The notes beneath the pieces are model-generated. The model did not search any database. It was given only the letters and a program-made list of their open reading frames with translations, and was not told the origin of the DNA. From an uncultured Collinsella sp. (GTDB lineage: Bacteria; Actinomycetota; Coriobacteriia; Coriobacteriales; Coriobacteriaceae), in contig URBQ01000003.1 in NCBI GenBank assembly GCA_900546115.1, positions 22,415 through 86,414 on the forward strand: a DNA stretch of 64,000 nt, given 5' to 3'. Position 1 is the first letter of the stretch. Each line of letters opens with the position of its first letter. This document shows, in pieces, positions 38,801 to 46,525 of this stretch. The position numbers were made by a program, and so were the translations under genes.

Positions 38801-39490
38801 ATGGACCACATCGCTGCCCCAAGTGTTGCTTTTATTTTCGATTGCGACGGCACGCTGGTTAATAGCACCCCTGTCTGGGGCTATGCGCAGCCCGAGTTAT
38901 TGCGCCGTCATGGCATTGATGCAACGCTCGACGATTTTGCCCAGTTTGAGCATCTTTCGCTGGAGGACGAGTGCCAGGCCTACCACGACACGTGGGGCAT
39001 TGGCACGAATGGCGAGGAGCTGTATCGCGAGCTTGGCGATATTTTGATTGATGGGTACTCCAAGGTACCGCCGCGCGAGGGGCTCCTGGCATTTTTGGAG
39101 CAGGCGAAGGCGGTGGGTATTGCCATGTGCGTTGCCACGTCCACGCCGGCCGAGTTGGTGCAGTCCGCCCTTGCGGGTGCTGGCCTTGATCGCTATATGG
39201 AGTTTATTACCACCACGGGCGAGGCGGGGCGCTCCAAGCAGTTCCCCGACGTATACGAGCTGGCTTTGCGCCGCCTGGAGGTGCGCCACGGGCACCAGTT
39301 TGAGCGCGCGTGGGTGTTTGAGGACGCCGTCTTTGGACTTAAGAGCTCCGGTACTGCAGGCTTTAAGCGCGTGGGCATCTATGACCCGCACGGTCGCATG
39401 CAGCGCAACGACCTGCGCGCCAACTGCGATATCTTTATCGACAGCTATGAGGACCTGGACCTGGCCCGCGTACTTTCGTTTGAGGGCTAG
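38801..39490 (+). CDS. HAD-superfamily hydrolase (beta-phosphoglucomutase-like subfamily IA)
   Basis: Translates MDHIAAPSVAFIFDCDGTLVNS (DxDGT motif); later motifs VATST and FEDAVFG. ATG 38801 is preferred over TTG 38780. Confidence 0.75.
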   Translation: MDHIAAPSVAFIFDCDGTLVNSTPVWGYAQPELLRRHGIDATLDDFAQFEHLSLEDECQAYHDTWGIGTNGEELYRELGDILIDGYSKVPPREGLLAFLEQAKAVGIAMCVATSTPAELVQSALAGAGLDRYMEFITTTGEAGRSKQFPDVYELALRRLEVRHGHQFERAWVFEDAVFGLKSSGTAGFKRVGIYDPHGRMQRNDLRANCDIFIDSYEDLDLARVLSFEG

Positions 39491-39499
39491 GCGAGGGCC

Positions 39500-40159
39500 G
39501 TGGCTTGCAAAGTATTAGTGGTTTGCGGCTCGCCGGTGGGGGCGAGGCCCGATTTGCTGCGTCAGCTGGCGGGGGAGTGCGATCACGTTGTCGCCGTGGA
39601 CCGCGGGCTCGATGCGCTGCTGGGGGCTGGCCTGAGCTGCGACGTCTACGTGGGCGATGCCGACACGGTGAGCGATGCCGACACGGTGAGCGATGCGGGT
39701 CGCGCGCTAGTCGATGCCGCCGAAGCCTTTGAGGTGGAGCGTCACAACCCCTACAAGGACTATACCGATCTGGCGTTGGCGCTCGATTCCGTTCGCCGCC
39801 GTTGGCCGGGTGCCGAAGTGGTTGCGACTTGTGCCACCGGCGGCCGTCCGGACATGGCCCTGTCCGTTCTGGGCCTGCTCGCGGGCTACGAAGATGCCCC
39901 CGTCTGGATCGAAGAAGATGAAGTGACGGCCAGAATCCTGCACCAGGACGAGACCTGGACCATTGAGGGCGCCGACGGCAAAACCTTCTCCATCATCGCC
40001 ATCGCTCCCAACACAGAGATAAGCGAACACGGCCTGGAGTGGGAGTTAGATCACAGCCCCCTAGGCCTGCTAGTCGACACGGGCATCAGCAACGTCGTAA
40101 GGTCAACAGCCACGATCCAAGTCCACACCGGCACCGCCATCGCTTACCTCTACAAGTAA
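39500..40159 (+). CDS. Thiamine pyrophosphokinase
   Basis: GTG start. Motifs VVAVDRG and VGDADTVS (GDxDS-type), KDYTDL, plus a C-terminal thiamine-binding-like beta domain. 219 aa. Confidence 0.7.
   Translation: MACKVLVVCGSPVGARPDLLRQLAGECDHVVAVDRGLDALLGAGLSCDVYVGDADTVSDADTVSDAGRALVDAAEAFEVERHNPYKDYTDLALALDSVRRRWPGAEVVATCATGGRPDMALSVLGLLAGYEDAPVWIEEDEVTARILHQDETWTIEGADGKTFSIIAIAPNTEISEHGLEWELDHSPLGLLVDTGISNVVRSTATIQVHTGTAIAYLYK
39656..39691 (+). repeat. Perfect 18-bp tandem duplication inside the thiamine pyrophosphokinase gene
   Basis: gatgccgacacggtgagc occurs twice (39656-39673 and 39674-39691), followed by a partial third copy gatgc. It encodes DADTVS-DADTVS. Confidence 0.9.
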
Positions 40160-40173
40160 GGGCTATCGCATCA

Positions 40174-40246
40174 GGGTTTTATCGGGACGGTGGATGGAAA
40201 TAATCGCTCGAAGAGTGATTATTTCCGCCCCGTCCCAGGAAAACCC
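40174..40246. repeat. Imperfect long hairpin after the TPK gene (about 34-36-nt arms, 3-nt loop, about 7 mismatches)
   Basis: gggttttatcgggacggtggatggaaataatcgctc - gaa - gagtgattatttccgccccgtcccaggaaaaccc. Probably the TPK terminator structure. Confidence 0.6.
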
Positions 40247-40276
40247 GTAAGTTTGAGATTCAACCCAAAAAAGTCC

Positions 40277-40305
40277 TTGCACCAAGCAAAACATTCCCCT
40301 ATAGT
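40277..40305 (+). promoter_or_regulatory. Sigma-70-type promoter of tRNA-Ala
   Basis: -35 TTGCAC (40277-40282), 17-nt spacer, -10 TATAGT (40300-40305). The -10 element ends 13 nt before the mature tRNA 5' end. Confidence 0.55.
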
Positions 40306-40318
40306 ATCTCCTCGTCAC

Positions 40319-40394
40319 GGGGGCGTAGCTCAGCTGGGAGAGCGCTTGACTGGCAGTCAAGAGGTCAGGGGTTCGATCCCCCTCGTCTCCACCA
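40319..40394 (+). tRNA. tRNA-Ala (anticodon GGC), CCA encoded
   Basis: Cloverleaf readable by eye. Acceptor GGGGGCG/CGTCTCC has the G3:U70 alanine identity pair. D-arm is TAGCTCAGCTGGGAGAGC, anticodon loop CT-GGC-AG, T-arm GGTTCGATCCCC, 3' end ACCA. Confidence 0.9.
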
Positions 40395-40407
40395 TCGTGA
40401 ATGCAAG

Positions 40408-40431
40408 GCCACTCAATCGAGTGGCTTTTTT
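40408..40431 (+). terminator. Intrinsic terminator after tRNA-Ala
   Basis: gccactc-aatc-gagtggc followed by tttttt. Confidence 0.65.
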
Positions 40432-41349
40432 ATTTGCATATTATTTTTGACGGCCTGAACTGCATTTTTTCAATATTTGCAAATTGCTTTCCTGTTCAAG
40501 TTTGCCGTCTACAGTAGTTGTCGCAAAATCTGCGACAACTACACGCCAAAAGGTGTCCAACAAACCGCCTCAAAATGCGTTGACTCGGTAGCCAGGCGCG
40601 CCTATTGTGCGATGAGCGCCTTCGCGATGCGACGCTCAAGCCAGCACCCGAAAAAGTTGCGCAATAACCCGCAAGTTTTGTACATAGTCTGTTAGCCAAA
40701 CGTAATTCTTCTTACAACTCGCGCCGTCAGCCTTGCATCTCAGGCAGCGTACGCCAACCCATGTACCCCCATTAACCTGCGGCAATGTGTGCAAGACGGC
40801 ACAATATCCCCCATAACCGCGGCAAATCAACAATGTGTTGCTCAACACACCCTAAAACGTTTGGCCCATCTGCTGTGCTAGGATACAGAACGTTACATGG
40901 GTTCAACTGTGCTCACGTCTCCAGCAAGACGCAAAGCGCAGGGTCGATCAGCATCCGGCCGTAACGGCGGTGCCAGAAAAACCACGAGCTCCAATAGCGT
41001 CGTCATGCTTATCTCATCGAATGACTTGTTCTTGTTTACGTGCAAGCTTGTCTTTCGAATCGATAATTTATGACAAATCGCAGCTGTCCTACAGCTGTTT
41101 GCGTGCAGTCCAGTTTTGTACCCGTTTGACTGGGCCGCACGCAGTCAGCTGGAGACGCGGTCATTTTGCGATACACGTCCGCGACTCTAGCAACTGCACT
41201 TATACATACCGTTCACGGTGGGGCAGAGCCACGTGCTTGTCTAACTGGGCTCAGGGTTTGAATATGGAGCGCCTTCGCGCACGAGCGCCCTGGCGAAGCC
41301 ATACCCAAACCCCGTGAGCCACACGTAAGACAGCAAGGGGGTGGTGCTC

Positions 41350-41895
41350 GTGTGGTATGTGATTCAGGTCATTAACGGTCGCGAAGACGTAATGCGCGAG
41401 CGCATCGAACGCATGGTGCCGGCTGGCACCATGCAGGAGCTTTTTTATCCCCAATTTCAAACCGAGATTAAAGTACACGGCGAATGGGTCAATTCGACCA
41501 AGCCGCTCTTTCCCGGTTATCTGATCTGCGATACGGCAGATCCCCGCACCGTGCAACAGTATCTGCTGCGCATGGACGACTTTGCCCGGGTGCTATCCCA
41601 GGACGGTCAGTTTGTGCCGTTGGCAAAAGAAGAGGTCCAGCTTATTGGCGGCTTTACGCATAGGGGAGACCGCATAGTGCCCATGAGCGAGGCCCTAAAA
41701 GACGGTGATCAGGTCGTAGTGACGGCAGGTCCGCTGCTGGGCCACGAAGGCCTTATCAAAACCATTAACAGACGCAAGAGCACTGCTTATTTGGAGCTCG
41801 ATCTGTGCGGCAGACGCATTACGACGCGCGTTGGCCTTGCTGTGCTTTCGGCCGAGCAGCGTGTGATGCGAAACCTAAAAAAGGCGATCGCCTAA
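41350..41895 (+). CDS. NusG-family transcription antiterminator paralog (LoaP/UpxY-like) heading the polysaccharide locus
   Basis: (V)WYVIQVINGRE... is an NGN-domain start; GTG 41350 lies 7-8 nt after AAGGGGG. C-terminal KOW motif GDQVVVTAGPLLGHEGLIKTIN. It sits first in a glycan gene cluster after a long untranslated leader. Confidence 0.75.
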   Translation: MWYVIQVINGREDVMRERIERMVPAGTMQELFYPQFQTEIKVHGEWVNSTKPLFPGYLICDTADPRTVQQYLLRMDDFARVLSQDGQFVPLAKEEVQLIGGFTHRGDRIVPMSEALKDGDQVVVTAGPLLGHEGLIKTINRRKSTAYLELDLCGRRITTRVGLAVLSAEQRVMRNLKKAIA

Positions 41896-42762
41896 GTGCG
41901 GATGGTCGCTACGCAATGCGGGGGGGGGGCTCCCCGACTCGGGGACGAAGTTTTGGAAGAGAAGTTGTCGGATAAAACTCAATATGCAACGGATGCGCCC
42001 GCGGGGGCGGCACTGATCGCTCAGGCCATGGACCGGCGTGAGGGAGCCGGTCGCTACAGGGCCATGCAATCCATTATGGACTGGGATCGCTCGCGCCTGG
42101 CCTATCGTGCCGCGAAGCGCGCATTCGACATCGTGTTCAGCGGCTGCGTGCTGTCCGTCATCGCCGTTCCGAGCCTGGTACTGGCGGCGGCCATCCGCCT
42201 GGAGAGCGAGGGCAACCCGTTCTACAGCCAGATCCGCGTTGGTCAGACCCGCTCCGACGGCAGCCTGTCCACCTTCCGCATGTGGAAGTTCCGCAGCATG
42301 TACAAGGACGCCGACGAGCGCCTCGCGGAGCTCAAGGGGCAGAACGAGATCGCCGGCGCCATGTTCAAGATGAGGGAGGACCCGCGCGTCACCAAGATCG
42401 GCAAGTTCATCCGCAAGCACTCCATCGACGAGTTCCCGCAGTTCTTGAACGTGTTCCTGGGCCAGATGAGCGTGGTGGGCCCGCGCCCGCCGCTGCCCAA
42501 CGAGGTGGCCGAGTACACCGAGTATGATCTGCAGCGCCTTGCGGTAAAGCCTGGGATTACTGGCTGGTGGCAGGTGACGGACCGCAACGACACAGATTTT
42601 GACGGCATGGTACGGCGTGACCTTGAGTACATCGTCAAGCGCGGTGTGACCACCGATCTGAAGATCGTGGCGCTCACGGTCGTCGAAATGATAACGGGGG
42701 GGGTGCCTGCTAGAGGCATTTCCCGAGACTTTTCCGTTGGCGGGGTGCTAGCCCATGCCTAG
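41896..42762 (+). CDS. Undecaprenyl-phosphate sugar phosphotransferase (bacterial sugar transferase family, small PGT), copy 1
   Basis: Motifs KRAFDIVFS, MWKFRSMY, REDPRVTKIGKFIRKHSIDEFPQFLNV, SVVGPRPPLP and KPGITGWWQV. The true start is uncertain: GTG 41896, or ATG 41902/42028/42064/42076. Confidence 0.8.
   Translation: MRMVATQCGGGAPRLGDEVLEEKLSDKTQYATDAPAGAALIAQAMDRREGAGRYRAMQSIMDWDRSRLAYRAAKRAFDIVFSGCVLSVIAVPSLVLAAAIRLESEGNPFYSQIRVGQTRSDGSLSTFRMWKFRSMYKDADERLAELKGQNEIAGAMFKMREDPRVTKIGKFIRKHSIDEFPQFLNVFLGQMSVVGPRPPLPNEVAEYTEYDLQRLAVKPGITGWWQVTDRNDTDFDGMVRRDLEYIVKRGVTTDLKIVALTVVEMITGGVPARGISRDFSVGGVLAHA
41920..41929 (+). repeat. Homopolymeric G10 tract at the 5' end / leader of the first phosphoglycosyl transferase gene
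   Basis: cgcaatgc-GGGGGGGGGG-ctcccc, counted directly (41920-41929). Confidence 0.9.
42696..42703 (+). repeat. Homopolymeric G8 tract near the 3' end of PGT copy 1, 52 nt before the PGT copy 2 start
   Basis: ataac-GGGGGGGG-tgcctgc, counted directly. Confidence 0.9.
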
Positions 42763-43399
42763 GAAACCTACCGGGACCCTCTTCTATCGCATATGCAAGA
42801 GAACGTTCGATATAACCTTCAGCGCCGGGTGTGCCGCGGTGCTGGCGATTCCCATGGCCGGTGTCTGCGCCGCGATCTGCGCGGAGTCACCGGGCTGCCC
42901 GGTCTACACGCAGGAGCGCGTGGGCAGGGGTGGACGGGTGATCCGCGTGCTTAAGCTCCGCAGCATGGTCGCCGACGCAAACGACGTACACAAGTACCTG
43001 AGCCCTGAGCAGCTGCGCCAGTGGGAGGTGGAGCGCAAGGTCGACGACGACCCACGCATCACAAAGGCGGGCAAGTTCATCCGCAAGTGTTCCATCGACG
43101 AGGTACCGCAGTTCCTCAACGTGCTAAAGGGCGACCTGTCCGTAATCGGCCCGCGTCCCATCACGCGCGACGAGCTCGAACAGCACTTCACCGACGAGGA
43201 GAAGGAGGAGCTGCTGAGCGTCACCCCGGGCATTACGGGCCTGTGGCAGGCGACCGACCGCAACGCCGCGACCTTCGAGAGCGGCATGCGACAAAAGATC
43301 GAGCTCCACTATGTACGGAACCGTTGCTTCCGTATGGACTGGAAATGTTTCAGGGGCACCTTTGGTGCCATGTTCGGAAAGAAAAGGACGGGACGTTGA
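42755..43399 (+). CDS. Undecaprenyl-phosphate sugar phosphotransferase (small PGT), copy 2
   Basis: Motifs KRTFDITFS, LKLRSMV, DDPRITKAGKFIRKCSIDEVPQFLNV, SVIGPRP and TPGITGLWQA. Its start overlaps the copy 1 stop by 8 nt. Confidence 0.8.
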   Translation: MPRKPTGTLFYRICKRTFDITFSAGCAAVLAIPMAGVCAAICAESPGCPVYTQERVGRGGRVIRVLKLRSMVADANDVHKYLSPEQLRQWEVERKVDDDPRITKAGKFIRKCSIDEVPQFLNVLKGDLSVIGPRPITRDELEQHFTDEEKEELLSVTPGITGLWQATDRNAATFESGMRQKIELHYVRNRCFRMDWKCFRGTFGAMFGKKRTGR

Positions 43400-44607
43400 G
43401 GATTCTGATGGTCAGCCAGCATTACTGGCCGGAACATTTTCAGATAACCGAGATTTGCGAGGAGCTTGTACGGCGCGGCCACCAAGTGACTGCGCTTGTG
43501 GGTATTCCTAACTACCCTAAGGGCGTTGTGCCTGAGGAATACCTGCATGGCAAGAATCGCCAGCAGATTCGAAACGGTGTCAACATCATTCGCGTGGAGG
43601 AGATTCCCAGGAAGCCCGGAATCAGGGGGCTTGCGAAGAACTACATCAGTTACATGCGGGAGGCCGACAAAAAGATTGGTAAGCTGCCGGGCGATTTCGA
43701 CGTGATATTCGCGTATCAGCTGTCTCCTGTTCTTATGTCCGAACCTGCCATGCGAATGAAAAAACGAACCGGCATCCCCGTGCTCCTGTATTGTGCCGAC
43801 ATCTGGCCTGATGCAATCAAGGCGATGCTGCCCGACAAACTCAACTTCGCGATGCCACTTATTAAGGCTATGAGCTCGAAGATTTACCGTCAGGCAAACG
43901 TTAGCGCGACAAATGCCAGCTCCTATGTCGATTACTTTGATCAGGAGTTTGGAATCAGCCGAGATAAGGTATTTTACCTGCCGCAATACGCCGAAGATTC
44001 ATATCTGGACATGGACCTTACTGCGCGTCCTTCGGATAAGGTGAGGTTCTTGATCATGGGCAACATTGGCAAGCTTCAGTACATGCCGTGCGTGCTAGAG
44101 GCCGTGAACACGCTCAAACACCGCGACGATTTCGAGCTGCACATTGTAGGTGACGGTTCCGCCATGCCGTACTGCAAACAGTATGTTGCTGAACACGAGC
44201 TGCAAAAGCATGTCGTGTTCCACGGGCGTCGTCCGTACGAGGAGATGCCGAACTACTATCGCAACGCTGATTGCTGTTTGCTTACGCTTAATGTTCCCGG
44301 AGCCCCTGGAATCAATTCGACGCTTCCCAGTCGCCTGCAAGGTTTCATGGCTGCTGGCAAGCCGATTCTTGCCTCTATCGACGGTTCCGCAGTGCAGGTC
44401 ATCAACGATTCTGGGTGCGGCAAGGCGGTTCCTGCCGGCGATGCCGAAGGCCTGGCGAAGCTCATGAGGGATTTTCTGGATAACTCCGACTCCTATGCAT
44501 CCTGCGGTGCGAATGGCCGCACTTACTACAAGGCCAATTTCACCAAACAACGGTTTATGAACGAGATCGAAAAGCTTCTCGTTTTGACGATGAAAGGCGC
44601 GCAATAG
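43396..44607 (+). CDS. Glycosyltransferase family 4 (WbuB-like, 6-deoxy-L-HexNAc transferase type)
   Basis: (L)RILMVSQHYWPE start (TTG 43396 overlaps the upstream stop; alternative ATG 43408). The YWPE N-terminus and position directly before the dehydratase/reductase/epimerase trio match wbuB-type genes. The upstream part of track ORF 43021 overlaps PGT2 and is rejected. Confidence 0.7.
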   Translation: MRILMVSQHYWPEHFQITEICEELVRRGHQVTALVGIPNYPKGVVPEEYLHGKNRQQIRNGVNIIRVEEIPRKPGIRGLAKNYISYMREADKKIGKLPGDFDVIFAYQLSPVLMSEPAMRMKKRTGIPVLLYCADIWPDAIKAMLPDKLNFAMPLIKAMSSKIYRQANVSATNASSYVDYFDQEFGISRDKVFYLPQYAEDSYLDMDLTARPSDKVRFLIMGNIGKLQYMPCVLEAVNTLKHRDDFELHIVGDGSAMPYCKQYVAEHELQKHVVFHGRRPYEEMPNYYRNADCCLLTLNVPGAPGINSTLPSRLQGFMAAGKPILASIDGSAVQVINDSGCGKAVPAGDAEGLAKLMRDFLDNSDSYASCGANGRTYYKANFTKQRFMNEIEKLLVLTMKGAQ

Positions 44608-45666
44608 ATGACTAACACTTCTACTTTCAAAGACAAGACCCTCATGATTACGGGCGGCACCGGCTCGTTCGGCAACACCGTGCTAAAGCACTTCATGAAC
44701 ACCGACCTGGCAGAGATCCGCATCTTCTCGCGCGACGAGAAGAAGCAGGACGACATGCGCCACCGCCTGCAGGAGAGGTCCCCGGAGCTCGCCTCCAAGG
44801 TGCGCTTCTTCATCGGCGACGTTCGCAACGCCCAGAGCTTGCGCGACGCCATGCACGGGGTGGACTACATCTTCCACGCCGCCGCCCTCAAGCAGGTGCC
44901 CTCCTGCGAGTTCTTCCCCATGGAGGCCGTGCGCACCAACGTCATCGGCACGGACAACGTGCTCCACGCCGCCATCGAGGAGGGCGTCGACCGCGTCGTG
45001 TGCCTGTCCACCGACAAGGCGGCCTACCCCATCAACGCCATGGGTAAGTCCAAGGCCATGATGGAGTCCATCATCTACGCCAACGCCCGCAACGGCGCCG
45101 GCCGTACTACCATCTGCTGCACCAGCTACGGCAACGTCATGTGCTCGCGCGGCTCGGTGATCCCGCTGTTCATCGACCGCATCCGCAAGGGCGAGCCGCT
45201 CACGGTCACCGACCCCAACATGACCCGCTTCCTCATGAACCTGGACGAGGCCGTGGACCTGGTGCAGTTCGCCTTCGAGCACGCCAACCCCGGCGACCTG
45301 TTCATCCAGAAGGCGCCGGCGTCCACGATCGGCGACCTCGCCGAGGCTGTGCAGGAGGTCTTCGGTCGCACGGGCACCCAGGTCATCGGCACCCGCCACG
45401 GCGAGAAGCTCTTCGAGACCCTTATGACCCGCGAGGAGCGCCTACGCGCCGAGGACATGGGCGGCTACTACCGCGTCGCCTGCGACTCGCGCGACCTCAA
45501 CTACGACAAGTTTTTCGTTGAAGGTGAGGTCCATACCCAGGCAGATGACGCATATACGAGCCATAATACCGAACGTCTCGATCTACAGGGAACGATTGCC
45601 AAGATCAAGACCGCCGAGTATGTACAGCTTGCGCTTGAGGGCCGTGAGTACGAGGCGGTGCAATAA
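44608..45666 (+). CDS. UDP-N-acetylglucosamine 4,6-dehydratase/5-epimerase (FnlA/CapE/WbjB/WbvB family)
   Basis: Motifs LMITGGTGSFGN, IFSRDEKKQ and STDKAAYPINAMGKSKAM, matching the characteristic CapE-type short-chain dehydratase. GC is clearly higher than in its neighbours. Confidence 0.88.
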   Translation: MTNTSTFKDKTLMITGGTGSFGNTVLKHFMNTDLAEIRIFSRDEKKQDDMRHRLQERSPELASKVRFFIGDVRNAQSLRDAMHGVDYIFHAAALKQVPSCEFFPMEAVRTNVIGTDNVLHAAIEEGVDRVVCLSTDKAAYPINAMGKSKAMMESIIYANARNGAGRTTICCTSYGNVMCSRGSVIPLFIDRIRKGEPLTVTDPNMTRFLMNLDEAVDLVQFAFEHANPGDLFIQKAPASTIGDLAEAVQEVFGRTGTQVIGTRHGEKLFETLMTREERLRAEDMGGYYRVACDSRDLNYDKFFVEGEVHTQADDAYTSHNTERLDLQGTIAKIKTAEYVQLALEGREYEAVQ

Positions 45667-45668
45667 CC

Positions 45669-46523
45669 TTGCGGTTTCTTGTACTTGGGGCCTCCGGAAT
45701 GGCAGGCCACCTAATTTCTCTATATCTGAAGGAAGCCGGTCATTCCGTTACGGGATTCTCTCGACACGATCTTCAGTTTCTAAATTCCCAGATTATCGGT
45801 GACGCAACAGATGTTGATACCCTTAAGCAGGTTGATTGGAATGGCTACGATGTAGTTGTTAACTGCATTGGCGTATTAAACAAAGCCGCTGAAACGAATC
45901 CCAACGCCTCGTGGCTCAACGGTGAACTTCCGCATTTTCTTGCTGACGTGACTGCCGATTTGCCAACGCGCGTGTTTCATATGAGTACCGACTGCGTCTT
46001 TGCTGGCAACACGGGTCCCTACACTGAGTGGAGCAAGCCTGATGGGGGGAGCGCCTACGACCGGACCAAAGCCGCGGGCGAACTCGATGATGAAAAGAAC
46101 TTGACGTTCCGTAACTCCATTGTCGGGCCAGACATTAATCCCAACGGCATAGGGCTTCTCAACTGGTTTATGAAGCAGAATGGACCTATTAAGGGCTTCA
46201 CGGGGGCAATTTGGACTGGGCTCACCACCCTCGAATTGGCGAAAGCGATGGAGCATGAGGCGCGCGAAGAAGCCCACGGCTTGGTGAACATGGTTCCCGA
46301 GGGGTCCATCAACAAATATGAACTTCTCCAGCTGTTTAATCGGGACCTTCGCGGTGAATCCGTTGAGATATTTGCCGATGCGGGCCTGCAGCTAGATAAG
46401 ACGCTCGTACGCACCAACTTCAAGCCAACCTACCGTCCTAAATCTTATCCAGAGCAGGTGCACGAGATGGCTGGTTGGATAAGGGATCACAAGGAACTCT
46501 ACCCCCACTACGAGGTGATATAG
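45669..46523 (+). CDS. NAD(P)-dependent sugar reductase, RmlD-like (second step of a 6-deoxy-L-HexNAc pathway)
   Basis: TTG start 2 nt after the upstream stop. Rossmann motif VLGASGMAGH, and STDCVF...YDRTKAAGE (YxxxK). At 284 aa it is RmlD/WbvR-sized, shorter than FnlB/CapF as I recall them. Confidence 0.65.
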   Translation: MRFLVLGASGMAGHLISLYLKEAGHSVTGFSRHDLQFLNSQIIGDATDVDTLKQVDWNGYDVVVNCIGVLNKAAETNPNASWLNGELPHFLADVTADLPTRVFHMSTDCVFAGNTGPYTEWSKPDGGSAYDRTKAAGELDDEKNLTFRNSIVGPDINPNGIGLLNWFMKQNGPIKGFTGAIWTGLTTLELAKAMEHEAREEAHGLVNMVPEGSINKYELLQLFNRDLRGESVEIFADAGLQLDKTLVRTNFKPTYRPKSYPEQVHEMAGWIRDHKELYPHYEVI

Positions 46524-46525
46524 AT

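Noticed and set aside
40440-41340. Small ORFs after tRNA-Ala (40477-40695 +, 40496-40699 -, 40636-40848 -, 40970-41317 +), and a search for an integrase or att repeat
   Set aside because: The ORFs overlap each other and lack SD sequences and motifs. I found no integrase or recombinase gene and no second copy of the tRNA 3' end by eye, so I do not call an integrative element. The stretch is treated as a leader instead.
43021-43395. Upstream extensions of track ORFs (43021-, 46475-, 51693-, 2635-, 3774-, 4954-, 6264-, 1038-, 1739-, 23459-)
   Set aside because: Each extension overlaps the preceding gene in another frame. Family-typical N-termini with SD sequences or stop/start overlaps occur further downstream, so I used the internal starts.
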